Of a stretch of DNA of 64,000 bases, positions 9,554 to 18,881 are shown piece after piece. Each line of letters begins with the position of its first letter. Position 1 is the first letter of the stretch. The notes under the pieces were generated by a model. It was not told the origin of the DNA. It made no database searches and saw only the letters and a list, made by a program, of their open reading frames with translations. The position numbers and the translations under genes were made by a program. This DNA is from Patescibacteria group bacterium. Its GTDB lineage: Bacteria > Patescibacteriota > UBA1384 > 2-12-FULL-50-11. The stretch is from the NCBI GenBank assembly GCA_016861245.1, contig BOKZ01000001.1, forward strand, positions 415,746 to 479,745. The letters are read 5' to 3'.

Positions 9554-10726
9554 ATGAGCAAATCGTTAATTGTGCGACTTATTAGCTTTTTTCTTGTGCT
9601 AACACTTGGTATCGCAACGCTCGCGCCGATGAGCGCACAGGCTGAGACACTCGATGAATTGCTAAGGCGCCAAGCTGAGCTAAAAAGAAAAGAAGAGCAA
9701 AACCGAAAAGCCCTCGAGCAAAAAAAGCGAGAAGCGAGTAACTTGCGAGAGTTGATTGGAGATTTGGATGGAGACATTAGTTATACTTCAAGCCGAATTC
9801 AAAACACCGAAGAGCAGATCGCGGCAACAAATAGCGTTATTAATCTTTTGATTCAAGATATCCAGAAGCAACAGACCGAGCTTGATGCCTTGTCGGCTAA
9901 ACTCAAGGGCGCGTACGTAAATCTCTACCAGCTCTCACAAACTAGTACGATGGAGTTATTACTTCAGAGTCCTAATCTTGAAGAAGCGCTCTCGCAAGCG
10001 GAGTATATCCAAGCGATCCAAACTGATCTGCGAAAGAATATCGACACCGTTAATGCGTTAAAAACCGATCTCGAAAAAAAGAAGACAGATAATGAGAGCC
10101 AAAAGGCAAACCTTGAGACACTCAGACAAGAGCTTGATCGATCGAGGGGGACGTTAACGAGCCAGAAAAATCAGAAAAATTACTTACTTAACCAAACTCA
10201 GGGAGAACAAGCTCAGTATGAAGAACTACTGAAAAAGCTTTCAGCGCAGCAAGAACAGCTTGGGGCGGAAATCTACGAAGCACGTCGACGAGCATCGTCT
10301 GGCGAGAACGTTAGCGGCGGCAGCGGTGGATACCCATGGGCTAACGAACCAAACCCATACGCTGTTGATCCGTGGTTATTCTACAAGAGGCAGTGTACCT
10401 CTTTTGCTGCCTGGAAATTCCAATCAGTCTATGGTCGCGCCTTTATTAATACACGACCAGGAAATGGCAGCGCCTGGAACTGGCCAGCGTTAGCAACTGA
10501 TCCCGAGAATGGCTACAGAGTAAGCACGAGCCCGCGCGTGAATTCCATTGTTTCTTGGCCGCGCGGTACTAACATGCCATATGGGCACGTCGCCTGGGTA
10601 ATTGCAGTGAATGGAAACGGAACAATTGATGTTGAAGAGTATAACTGGACAACCGAGCGCGGTTATAGCAAGCGCACAAATGTTAACCCAAACAACTACG
10701 GCTCGGCTCGATATATTTATCCTTAA
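9554..10726 (+). CDS. PcsB-like peptidoglycan hydrolase: signal peptide, long coiled-coil, C-terminal CHAP domain.
   Basis: MSKSLIVRLISFFLVLTLG signal. About 220 aa of heptad-rich sequence. The CHAP Cys...His region is CTSFAAWKF...GHVAWVIAVNGNG. It sits directly after ftsEX, as pcsB does in Firmicutes. Confidence 0.6.
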   Translation: MSKSLIVRLISFFLVLTLGIATLAPMSAQAETLDELLRRQAELKRKEEQNRKALEQKKREASNLRELIGDLDGDISYTSSRIQNTEEQIAATNSVINLLIQDIQKQQTELDALSAKLKGAYVNLYQLSQTSTMELLLQSPNLEEALSQAEYIQAIQTDLRKNIDTVNALKTDLEKKKTDNESQKANLETLRQELDRSRGTLTSQKNQKNYLLNQTQGEQAQYEELLKKLSAQQEQLGAEIYEARRRASSGENVSGGSGGYPWANEPNPYAVDPWLFYKRQCTSFAAWKFQSVYGRAFINTRPGNGSAWNWPALATDPENGYRVSTSPRVNSIVSWPRGTNMPYGHVAWVIAVNGNGTIDVEEYNWTTERGYSKRTNVNPNNYGSARYIYP

Positions 10727-10732
10727 GGCTAA

Positions 10733-10924
10733 ATGTTGAACAGCTACATTTTGATTGGCTACGGTCTATTTTTAGCGATTATGCTCGTGGTGAATTTGCT
10801 GTACTTTTTTCAGGTTTTTAAGTACCGCTTGCCCGGCGACGCCTCGATACCGGTATTATCGACGCATATATTCTTGGTGCTACTAATACTAGTATTTAGC
10901 GGTATTTATATCGGGATTAAGTAA
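10733..10924 (+). CDS. Small hydrophobic membrane protein (hypothetical).
   Basis: 63 aa, two predicted TM helices. Confidence 0.3.
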   Translation: MLNSYILIGYGLFLAIMLVVNLLYFFQVFKYRLPGDASIPVLSTHIFLVLLILVFSGIYIGIK

Positions 10925-11520
10925 TGCCGCATCTAATCGAAGAACATATAAACAGTAACGACCCGGCGTTTCTGTATCTTAACCTTCATCCGGGTGAAGA
11001 AATTAAGTACGCAGTGCGCCATCACTGGGCCGGCTTCTTAACGACGCTACTGATTGTATTAGCGATGGGGCTCTTCCCACTTTTTTTGTTGTTTGCGATA
11101 GGGATCGGTTTTACTAACGGAGTATCCGACTTTGTTCCCATTATTACCGTGTTACTGTCGGGTTATTACATCTTTCTGCTAACGTTTCTTTTCGGTTCGT
11201 GGATTAATTTTTATTACGACATTATCTTTATCACCAACGAGCGACTAATTAATGTATCTCAAGAAGGCCTGTTGAGTCGTAAAACCTCTGAACTATCGTT
11301 AAAGCAAGTTCAAAACGTCTCAGCTGAGGTTACTGGGTTTCTACAAAGCTTCTTTAATTACGGCTTACTCATCGTTGAAACTGCGGGCGGCGGCACCACA
11401 GACGATCCGCACAAACCAGGCCTACAAGGTTACTTTACTATCACCGATGTGCCCGATCCGAATCGACTTGCCCGCGTGATCCTCGAGATGCACCGGGCGT
11501 TGGTTGGCGAAGAAGGATGA
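10924..11520 (+). CDS. Membrane-flanked bacterial PH-like (bPH_2/YdbS-like) domain protein.
   Basis: Two TM helices followed by a beta-rich domain with the ITNERLI motif typical of PF03703 proteins. Confidence 0.35.
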   Translation: MPHLIEEHINSNDPAFLYLNLHPGEEIKYAVRHHWAGFLTTLLIVLAMGLFPLFLLFAIGIGFTNGVSDFVPIITVLLSGYYIFLLTFLFGSWINFYYDIIFITNERLINVSQEGLLSRKTSELSLKQVQNVSAEVTGFLQSFFNYGLLIVETAGGGTTDDPHKPGLQGYFTITDVPDPNRLARVILEMHRALVGEEG

Positions 11521-13556
11521 AGCGGCAAGTTTGGCTCTTCATCCTTTTTCTTTTTCTCCCAACTGTCTCGTTGGCGGCCGATTTAGAAAAAGTTGAAAAC
11601 AAGTTAGTGATCAAAGCTGGCGAAAAACAGTATCGCTTACGGGCAAATGCGAAACCGTTTCAACTCGCTGCGATTAACGGGGCGGTTTTAGAGCAGTTCG
11701 TAATTGGTGGGGAGCTATTTGTTGTGGTAGATAGGATCGGAGAGAAATTACTACTTCGATCAAAAGACGGTCTTGGTTATTATCCTGTGCCAGGGTTAAC
11801 GAATGAGCCGATACTGGAGTATAACCGTCAGAAACCGTTGTTAGTTCGAACAAACAGCAAGGTACTGCTTTATGTTAGGAGCGAATTTACTGAAATAACA
11901 GAACCGATTGTCGGGTCAAAATTAGATCAGTTTTATCTATCTAGCGACCAATTTTATTATCTTGATCTACAGGCTGGTAAAGTAACGGTTTTCGGTTGGG
12001 CCGGGGATGTCTGGAACCGCCTAGACGAGTTAGATTGCTTAGAAGTTACTCGCGTAACTGCACTGTTGCCAACAGTTGTTTGTGACGGCAAGCTTTTCCA
12101 ACATTCTACTGGCAATACCTTCATTCAACTAAGCAGCGCTCAACTATCACTCTTGTCTAGCTCCGATACGCTTTCGGTATTTGTTGGGCAAACTGATATC
12201 AGTATCGTCGTAATTCTAACACCGAGCGAACTGATCGAGCTCACTCTCCCGATTTCCTCACCGATACTCTTCGCCAAGATACTGGGAAATAGAGTATTTT
12301 TAGAAATGGAGAACCGCCAATACGAATTAGACTACGGTCGGACTATCCCAGAGCTAACACCGGCTCCGGCTGAGGGCGGTGAATTAGTGGCGGTCGAAGG
12401 TACTAGCTGGCTTTATTTTCGAAGCGGAAGCGAGAATTGGCTAACAACAGAATTCGGCAGTTGGCTGCCCGCTACAATCTTGGCGGGTTACGACCGTGCT
12501 AATAAACTAAGTAGTGGTGTTGTGCTATGGAAATACGAAAGCGCTGATATCCAGTTCTCAGCAGATGGCCTAAGCTTTTCGCTGCGTAATGGCTCTTGGG
12601 CTCGATCGGCAAAATTCAAAGCGTTGCTGGAGCATAATCAAGAGGTGTTTCTGCTACTACTGAACAGCAGCTTGGCCCCCAATCTGTATCGAACAGCAAC
12701 GCTCAATAGCTGGAGTAGGGTAACCCTTCCGACGAAACCAACGCATCAACTCTCTGTTCGTGAGGCGCGTCTGGCGTTAGCGGGGACGCTCCTTGAGTTA
12801 TCTGGTGTTGTGACGGCCGATCAGGGGCTGGTTTCTGACGAAGCATTTTACCTACAAGATCAAACAGCTGGTATTCAAGTATTTTTAAGTAGAACCAAGG
12901 GTGTCATCCCAAATATTAAAGATAAAACAGCGCTCGTAACCGGCGAGCTAAGCTCGAGTCAAACGAAAAGAATAATTATCGACTCACCAGATGACGCGAT
13001 AATTGGAGGGGTAGCTGCTATTGATCCGGCGGACGTCTCAATGTCAGACGAACTCCAGCAACGACTCGGTGAAAAAGTAGCGCTCAATAGTACAGCCACC
13101 GACGTTGAGAGCGATTATTTTACACTTAGCTCTCAGTTGGCGCATGTTAAAGCGCATCTAACAGAGAGTAAAACTTACTTAAGTGAGGGAGATTCAATAC
13201 AGTTTTCGGCGGTCGTCGACTGGAATTCAGCCAGCGAGGCGGTGGAGACCTGGGTATTTCCTGAATCAGTCGTAGTTAGCAGGGTGCAAACAACTAAAAC
13301 TGAGTCGCCGAAACCACAACCCGCACCAGTTAAAAGAACTACTCAACCGGCCGTCTCAAAATCAACTCCAGCGCCAGCGGTAGTGGCAGCAGCGACTAAA
13401 AAAATCACTCCGATCGCCAACCAAACCAGTAATCCGGAGCCTGTTGGCTCGATACCGAGTCAACATCAGAATATTGTCACGGCGCTATTAAGCTCGCTCG
13501 GCTTGCTCGTGGCGTCAAATGGCCGCAGATTCCAGCGTCTCTTGAGTAGGTACTAG
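11517..13556 (+). CDS. Large secreted/anchored protein (hypothetical). Signal peptide, Pro/Thr/Ala-rich linker, C-terminal TM anchor.
   Basis: 679 aa. MKRQVWLFILFLFLPTVSLAA signal, a C-terminal PKPQPAPVKRTTQPAVSKSTPAPAVVAAATKK linker, and a hydrophobic tail. Confidence 0.4.
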   Translation: MKRQVWLFILFLFLPTVSLAADLEKVENKLVIKAGEKQYRLRANAKPFQLAAINGAVLEQFVIGGELFVVVDRIGEKLLLRSKDGLGYYPVPGLTNEPILEYNRQKPLLVRTNSKVLLYVRSEFTEITEPIVGSKLDQFYLSSDQFYYLDLQAGKVTVFGWAGDVWNRLDELDCLEVTRVTALLPTVVCDGKLFQHSTGNTFIQLSSAQLSLLSSSDTLSVFVGQTDISIVVILTPSELIELTLPISSPILFAKILGNRVFLEMENRQYELDYGRTIPELTPAPAEGGELVAVEGTSWLYFRSGSENWLTTEFGSWLPATILAGYDRANKLSSGVVLWKYESADIQFSADGLSFSLRNGSWARSAKFKALLEHNQEVFLLLLNSSLAPNLYRTATLNSWSRVTLPTKPTHQLSVREARLALAGTLLELSGVVTADQGLVSDEAFYLQDQTAGIQVFLSRTKGVIPNIKDKTALVTGELSSSQTKRIIIDSPDDAIIGGVAAIDPADVSMSDELQQRLGEKVALNSTATDVESDYFTLSSQLAHVKAHLTESKTYLSEGDSIQFSAVVDWNSASEAVETWVFPESVVVSRVQTTKTESPKPQPAPVKRTTQPAVSKSTPAPAVVAAATKKITPIANQTSNPEPVGSIPSQHQNIVTALLSSLGLLVASNGRRFQRLLSRY

Positions 13557-13567
13557 TTAAATAGCTC

Positions 13568-13909
13568 TTGGTATTCTCGAGATTCTCGAGTATCCTGTGG
13601 AAACAAAGGATGATAACTCGACTGCGAAGCTGGTACTCCGCCCAACCAATCCCAGAAAGAAAGGCGCTAATTGTTTGGCTAATTGCTGCTGTTGTTATGC
13701 TTGGTACTGGTTTGTTTGCCCGTACTCAACTAGCGGCTGGAATGTCGGTTTACTACTACTCGCTCGGTCTGTTTATAGTAGATAGCGTGGTATTTTTCAT
13801 GTTATATCGTCAAATGCCTGCAGTTAAAACGCTACTTTTAACGATCATCATCGTGCTTGAACTAGCGGTGATCGGGTATTACATCGTCGCTCGATCTGCC
13901 ATTATCTAA
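13568..13909 (+). CDS. Small integral membrane protein (hypothetical).
   Basis: 113 aa, three predicted TM helices. It lies directly upstream of the GT2 synthase. Confidence 0.3.
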   Translation: MVFSRFSSILWKQRMITRLRSWYSAQPIPERKALIVWLIAAVVMLGTGLFARTQLAAGMSVYYYSLGLFIVDSVVFFMLYRQMPAVKTLLLTIIIVLELAVIGYYIVARSAII

Positions 13910-13911
13910 AT

Positions 13912-15426
13912 ATGCTGGGGTATCAACGAAGCCGAGTTTGGGAGATTATTCCGGGATTACTAACCTGGACGACGTTAACTGGATTAATATTGCTTGCAGT
14001 TTTTAACCCACCTGTCCTAACGATGCTAGTCTTGCTTTACGCGATCTACTGGTTAATTAAAGTCTTTCTCATCACTGGATACTTACTAGCCGGTTTTGCT
14101 AGATATAACCGTGAGCGTAAAATTGATTGGCTAACTAAACTCAACAACGATTATCCCGAGGCACAGAATAGGTTTTACCACGTCGCCATCGTGCCAACCT
14201 ATAAAGAGGATATCTCAATTCTTCGGCACACCATCGATGCCATAAGAATGAGCAACTACCCAGCTGATCGGTTGATTGTTGTTGCAGCGTTTGAAGGGCG
14301 TGAAAAAGAGTTAGCGCCGGAGTACGCCAAGATCTTAACGCACGAGTACGAACACGCGTTTTTTCATTTTATGACTACTAGCCACCCAGCAGATATCGAA
14401 GGTGAAGTTCGTGGAAAAGGGCCGAATATCACCTGGGCGGCGCGTCGGGTTAAGGAATATCTTGATGAGAAAAAAATTAAGTATTCTGACGCTATTCTCA
14501 CAACACTCGACGCCGATAACCGGGTTGATCGCGACTATTTTGCCAACCTTACCTGGTCTTACTGTGCCGACCCAGACCCAATTCATAAAAGTTTTCAGCC
14601 GCTACCGATGTTTTTCAATAATATCTGGCAAGTGCCGTTACCGGTAAAACTGACGGCGCTCGGCTCATCCTTTTGGCAGCTCATTCAGGCTATGCGACCG
14701 CACTACTCGCGTAACTTCGCCGCCCACGCTCAGAGTTTCGAAGCCCTGGTACAAACAGATTTCTGGTCGGTTGCGACGGTGGTTGAAGACGGGCATCAGT
14801 ACTGGCGTTCGTACTTTAGATTTGACGGTAACCACCACGTGGTGCCGCTATTTGTGCCGGTTTATATGGACGCAGTTCAGGGTGAAGATATTATGGACAC
14901 GTTTCGCGAGCAGTATCTTCAACGTCGCCGCTGGTTCTGGGGGGTTTCTGACGTTCCGTATGTCTTTCGGCATTCGTTCGGTAATCCTCGAATTCCGTTT
15001 TTATATAAATGGTTGCAATTTTTACGGTTGTTCGAGTCTCATTACTCGCTTGCTACACAGTCGTTTATTCTGCTAATCGGTTGGCTACCGATAGTTGTGA
15101 ACCCGGATTTTCGAGATAGCGTGCTTGGCTATAATTTTCCTACTGTTTATAGAACATTTCTGATAGCAGCATGGACTGGTATGATCGCCAACATGCTCGT
15201 GGCATCTCTACTAGTGCCACCACGACCTGGTAAGCGCTCGGTCTACGTTCTTACAATTATTAAAGAGTGGTTGTTAGCGCCGGTGTTGCTGCCAGTTAGC
15301 GGCATATTTTTCTCGGCGATCCCGGCGATCGACTCGCAGACGCGTATGTTATTCAATAAGCCGTTTACTGTCTTTAACGTCACCAAAAAAACCGCGATTC
15401 CTAGCGGTGTGCTAGTAAAAGACTAG
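13912..15426 (+). CDS. Processive family-2 glycosyltransferase (cellulose/chitin/hyaluronan-synthase-like).
   Basis: Multi-TM protein with a DxD motif (TLDADNR) and a QxxRW processivity motif (QRRRWFWG). Confidence 0.55.
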   Translation: MLGYQRSRVWEIIPGLLTWTTLTGLILLAVFNPPVLTMLVLLYAIYWLIKVFLITGYLLAGFARYNRERKIDWLTKLNNDYPEAQNRFYHVAIVPTYKEDISILRHTIDAIRMSNYPADRLIVVAAFEGREKELAPEYAKILTHEYEHAFFHFMTTSHPADIEGEVRGKGPNITWAARRVKEYLDEKKIKYSDAILTTLDADNRVDRDYFANLTWSYCADPDPIHKSFQPLPMFFNNIWQVPLPVKLTALGSSFWQLIQAMRPHYSRNFAAHAQSFEALVQTDFWSVATVVEDGHQYWRSYFRFDGNHHVVPLFVPVYMDAVQGEDIMDTFREQYLQRRRWFWGVSDVPYVFRHSFGNPRIPFLYKWLQFLRLFESHYSLATQSFILLIGWLPIVVNPDFRDSVLGYNFPTVYRTFLIAAWTGMIANMLVASLLVPPRPGKRSVYVLTIIKEWLLAPVLLPVSGIFFSAIPAIDSQTRMLFNKPFTVFNVTKKTAIPSGVLVKD

Positions 15427-16067
15427 TTGTTTGGCTTAGAGCTAACGAAGTAGTTGTGAGTGACTGACCCGCTTATTCCGTTACCGATTACTATTCCCGA
15501 TAAATCGTATCCCCATCCCTGGACTCTATTTCGAATAAAGGTAATCGATGACGAATCGTTAACACCGTTGTTATTTATATTAACGCTTGGTGCCGTTTCC
15601 ATCTTTGCCAAAATATAATATCCGGCTTTTGGGCGCGGATCGCTGTTTGGCGGTATGGTGTTCCCTGCCACAAAGTAGATGTACTCGCCAGATGAGTTAC
15701 TATTGGTTAACTCGCTACACCCACCGACTGAGGCAGGTAGTTTATTGATGGGATCCTCGGGGATTGTAGGCAAAATCAACGGCGCAAGCGCTGCCCGATT
15801 TGAAGCGCAATTACTAACTAAACCAGCTTCGAATTGCCAGCGAGCGTTGTAAATATTACCGCGGGCGCTATTAAACGACGGGTAATTACGATTATCGAGA
15901 TAGTATTGCTCTAACGCGTTTTTGATACTGTCTAAGTCCGTTTTACGTTGACCGTCTCGAGAACGTTTAAGCGAGCTACTATAAACCATCGTCGTAATAG
16001 CCACCAATATCCCGATAATAGTGATCGTTGTTAGTACTTCAATAAGAGTAAATCCACGTTTAGACAT
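15423..16067 (-). CDS. Type IV pilin / pseudopilin with a prepilin-peptidase cleavage motif.
   Basis: MSKRGFTLIEVLTTITIIGILVAI, the class III signal peptide (G/FTLIE), and a conserved Glu at +5. Confidence 0.7.
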   Translation of the reverse strand: MSKRGFTLIEVLTTITIIGILVAITTMVYSSSLKRSRDGQRKTDLDSIKNALEQYYLDNRNYPSFNSARGNIYNARWQFEAGLVSNCASNRAALAPLILPTIPEDPINKLPASVGGCSELTNSNSSGEYIYFVAGNTIPPNSDPRPKAGYYILAKMETAPSVNINNNGVNDSSSITFIRNRVQGWGYDLSGIVIGNGISGSVTHNYFVSSKPNN

Positions 16068-16123
16068 ATATGTAGCGTTGCGTATTTTAATGCTAATATC
16101 AACACATTCCTTATTGGAGGTAT

Positions 16124-16549
16124 TTGTACTTGAGTAAGCGTGAGATAGAACGAAAAAAGCTCGATACCAAGATGCTGTGGGGGATCGGAATTACTTCTAC
16201 GGCAATTGCTGGTGTGTTATGGATACTAAATAGGCACAAGAACAAGCAATATTCAGAACGCGCGGCGGAGATTGATCTTCGAGACGACGCTCGAATCAAG
16301 ATCCTCGACGAGCGTCTGATTGAGATTGACCTAAAGATTCAGTTTGAGCAGGACGAGGATGTAAAGGCGATTCTCGGGGAGCTTAGGACACAGGCTATTC
16401 GTGAAAAACAGCGCATCATCGAATCCCGGAGCTTGTCGCTGCCAACCCGGCTCGCCATCGAGACTTGTGATGAGGCCGCAGCTAACTGCGATCACGAGCT
16501 AGACTTGCGGACTGATCAGCAGAATTCCGAGCAAACCGACAGTGGCTAA
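16124..16549 (+). CDS. Hypothetical membrane-anchored coiled-coil protein.
   Basis: 141 aa. One TM (GIGITSTAIAGVLWIL) followed by a charged helical region. Confidence 0.3.
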   Translation: MYLSKREIERKKLDTKMLWGIGITSTAIAGVLWILNRHKNKQYSERAAEIDLRDDARIKILDERLIEIDLKIQFEQDEDVKAILGELRTQAIREKQRIIESRSLSLPTRLAIETCDEAAANCDHELDLRTDQQNSEQTDSG

Positions 16550-16617
16550 CATGTTAGCCACTTTTTTCTACGTATCGACGTGAGTCGGTCCGTGATTGCA
16601 AGGCAACACGGGTGTGT

Positions 16618-16691
16618 ATTCTGTTTGCGGTCCCGACGGGAGTCGAACCCGTGATTTCCTGGATGAAAACCAGGCGTCCTAGGCCACTAGA
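16618..16691 (-). tRNA. tRNA-Glu (anticodon TTC).
   Basis: Minus-strand cloverleaf GGTCCCGTCGTCTAGTGGCCTAGGACGCCTGG-TTTTCAT-CCAGG...GGTTCGACTCCCGTCGGGACCG. Acceptor, D, anticodon and T stems all pair. Confidence 0.8.
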
Positions 16692-16790
16692 CGACGGGAC
16701 CAATAGCAATATTTTACGTTTAACAGGATCGAAAATCAATCTTCGTGTTCAAAAGTTGACAGCCATGCTGATTGTCGTGAATATAAAAGT

Positions 16791-17438
16791 ATGAATCGAA
16801 CAACGTTGTTACATATGGGAATTGGTTTTGTTTTGGCGCTGGCTGGCGCTGCGATGCTGTACGTTTCTAAAGGAGACGTTAAAACTTCTGCTCAAACGAA
16901 TACGCCGTACACAAGCACCTGGACTGCAAGTAGCGTACTAACAGTAGATGCCCGTGTTGGCACATCTCAAGTAGGCCAGGCTGCTTTAGGTGTATGGGGC
17001 TGGACAGTTGCTGGAACGGTAGGCTCAAAATCGTTTACGGAAACTTGGCAGGCGCCAAGTATAACTGGTGTTAGCTTTACCCCCCGCTCAGTTGGTTGCG
17101 ACTTAGTGGGACTTAATGCCCAACAGTTATTGGGTGGTTGCTTTGCCGATCAAAATGAGATCGGTGGCCCAGACACATCTAGTTATACTTTTGCCGTTCG
17201 ACCGCCGAGTGAGGTTGTTAGTAATAAATCCAGATATAACAGCGGATCAGGGTTACAAAGGGCTATCAGCTGCATAAACTCTCCGAGAAACGGCGATGAG
17301 ACGGAATGTCTGATTCAAAGTGGTTCGTACGCGTTTCAACATGTTCACGAACCGGGGTTCCCGAGCCGTGATCGTTGGCTCGGTGGTGGCGTATTAATGC
17401 CACTAGTATGGACCGTTACCGGAAGCATCAGAAACTAA
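16791..17438 (+). CDS. Secreted protein, member A of a three-copy paralog family (hypothetical).
   Basis: Signal/TM at the N-terminus. It shares the motifs YTSTWTA..LTVD, TETWQAP, two Cys, GSY, and G.LMPL.W.VTG.I with the ORFs at 18246 and 18881. Confidence 0.45.
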   Translation: MNRTTLLHMGIGFVLALAGAAMLYVSKGDVKTSAQTNTPYTSTWTASSVLTVDARVGTSQVGQAALGVWGWTVAGTVGSKSFTETWQAPSITGVSFTPRSVGCDLVGLNAQQLLGGCFADQNEIGGPDTSSYTFAVRPPSEVVSNKSRYNSGSGLQRAISCINSPRNGDETECLIQSGSYAFQHVHEPGFPSRDRWLGGGVLMPLVWTVTGSIRN

Positions 17439-17489
17439 CTTCTTCACAGCTCGACTATTTTTCAGTAGAATTAACTGGTTAATTAGCCA

Positions 17490-17561
17490 GGCGCCCGTAG
17501 CTCAGCGGTAGAGCACTTCCTTGACGTGGAAGGGGTCTTCAGTTCGATCCTGAACGGGCGC
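17490..17561 (+). tRNA. tRNA-Val (anticodon GAC).
   Basis: GCGCCCG-TA-GCTCAGCGGTAGAGC-A-CTTCC-TTGACGT-GGAAG-GGGTC-TTCAGTTCGATCCTGAA-CGGGCGC-A. Confidence 0.8.
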
Positions 17562-17613
17562 ACATGACAAATATAAAAAATATTAAAGAGAGGGAGGGCG
17601 ACGTTAGTCGACT

Positions 17614-17631
17614 ATCCTGAACGGGCGCACA
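17614..17631 (+). repeat. 18-nt direct duplicate of the tRNA-Val 3' end (ATCCTGAACGGGCGCACA), 67 bp downstream of the original copy (17547-17564).
   Basis: Exact 18/18 match. Both copies are immediately followed by ATG. The second copy abuts the ppiB start codon. Confidence 0.7.
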
Positions 17632-18210
17632 ATGAAAATCACACATATTATTATCGGTGTTATAGCGGTAGCGGGTGTATTTTTACTAATTCCGCAATCA
17701 GAAAATAAACAAGGAGGCGTTAAAAAAATGACAGGCGATCCAACAACTTTTGAACAAGTTTCTGCAACAAAAGCGACGATCAAAACCGAAAAAGGCGAGA
17801 TCCAGCTCGAGCTTTACCCTCAAGATGCGCCAAAAACGGTGACAAACTTTGCAACGCTAGCTAAAAACGGTTTCTACGACGGTTTAACATTTCACCGTGT
17901 TGAGCCAGGCTTTGTTATCCAGGGTGGCGATCCGGACGGCAACGGTACCGGCGGAGTCTCAATTTACGGATCAGAGTTCGAAGATGAACTAAACGAGGAC
18001 ACGCCGTCGTATAAAAATGGGTACAAAGAAGGTGTGCTGGCTATGGCTAATCGCGGGCCAAATACCAATAGCAGTCAGTTTTTCATTATGCTCGCCGACA
18101 ACGACTCGTTACCAAAAAATTACACAATTTTCGGGAAGGTGACTACCGGAATGGATGTAGTAAAGAACATTGCTGTCGGTGACGTTTTGCTTTCAATTAC
18201 TGCAGAATAA
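17632..18210 (+). CDS. ppiB: Cyclophilin-type peptidyl-prolyl cis-trans isomerase, membrane-anchored/secreted.
   Basis: FHRVEPGFVIQGGDPDGNGTGG and SMANRGPNTNSSQFFI motifs. N-terminal TM helix. Confidence 0.85.
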   Translation: MKITHIIIGVIAVAGVFLLIPQSENKQGGVKKMTGDPTTFEQVSATKATIKTEKGEIQLELYPQDAPKTVTNFATLAKNGFYDGLTFHRVEPGFVIQGGDPDGNGTGGVSIYGSEFEDELNEDTPSYKNGYKEGVLAMANRGPNTNSSQFFIMLADNDSLPKNYTIFGKVTTGMDVVKNIAVGDVLLSITAE

Positions 18211-18245
18211 CTTGACGCTCACCGCTAGTTTGTCATGATAGAAAC

Positions 18246-18881
18246 ATGACAAAGATGATTTTTTCGTTGATAGGTATGTCTCTGCTGGCAGTTGGTGCTA
18301 TTAGTGGGGGATCGAGTGCACGAGCTCAAGGTTCGGAAACCTATACCACGACCTGGACGGCTACTAAACTTATAACTGTTGATTCAGCAGGTGGCTGGAG
18401 AGATGTCGGGATTCTGCGAAACGTGCCAATTGGCGTAGCTGAGTGGCAAGTTGACGCTCGGGCTGGTGCTGGTGGCGCCCAACTATTTAGCGAAACCTGG
18501 AAGGTGCCAGCGGATAATGAAATATTATTTGATCCGGGAACTCAGAATACGACCGGGACAGGATTTAACCCCGCTGAATGGATTTTTGCCAACCATATAG
18601 CGGTATTTGGAGATACGCCTGATGGCGGTAGGGTTCGCTATAAATTTCAGTCACCAAGTATCTTAAACCCTGGCTACAAGTACACTAAAGATCAGGCGAG
18701 GGTTGGCGGAAACGGTGTTCAGTGTGTAACTACGACGGACTCGAATTGTCTTATGTCTCGCGGTTCGTATGGGTGGGAAGTCTACCACTCTGTTAGTAAC
18801 CTTGGTTCAACTCGCGGTCGTATCAGCGCTTCTGGGGTGATGATGCCGCTAAAATTGGTGGTTACCGGAACAATTTACTAA
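18246..18881 (+). CDS. Secreted protein, paralog B of the family (hypothetical).
   Basis: 211 aa, about 75% identical to the next ORF (TWTATKLITVDSAGGW..NVGILRNVPIGVAEWQVDARA...). Confidence 0.5.
   Translation: MTKMIFSLIGMSLLAVGAISGGSSARAQGSETYTTTWTATKLITVDSAGGWRDVGILRNVPIGVAEWQVDARAGAGGAQLFSETWKVPADNEILFDPGTQNTTGTGFNPAEWIFANHIAVFGDTPDGGRVRYKFQSPSILNPGYKYTKDQARVGGNGVQCVTTTDSNCLMSRGSYGWEVYHSVSNLGSTRGRISASGVMMPLKLVVTGTIY

Noticed and set aside
17565-17613. The 50-70 bp segments between the tRNA 3' ends and their duplicates, considered as complete integrated islands.
   Set aside because: They are too short to encode anything. They are interpreted as scars or remnants rather than intact elements, and so are reported as a finding rather than a mobile-element feature.
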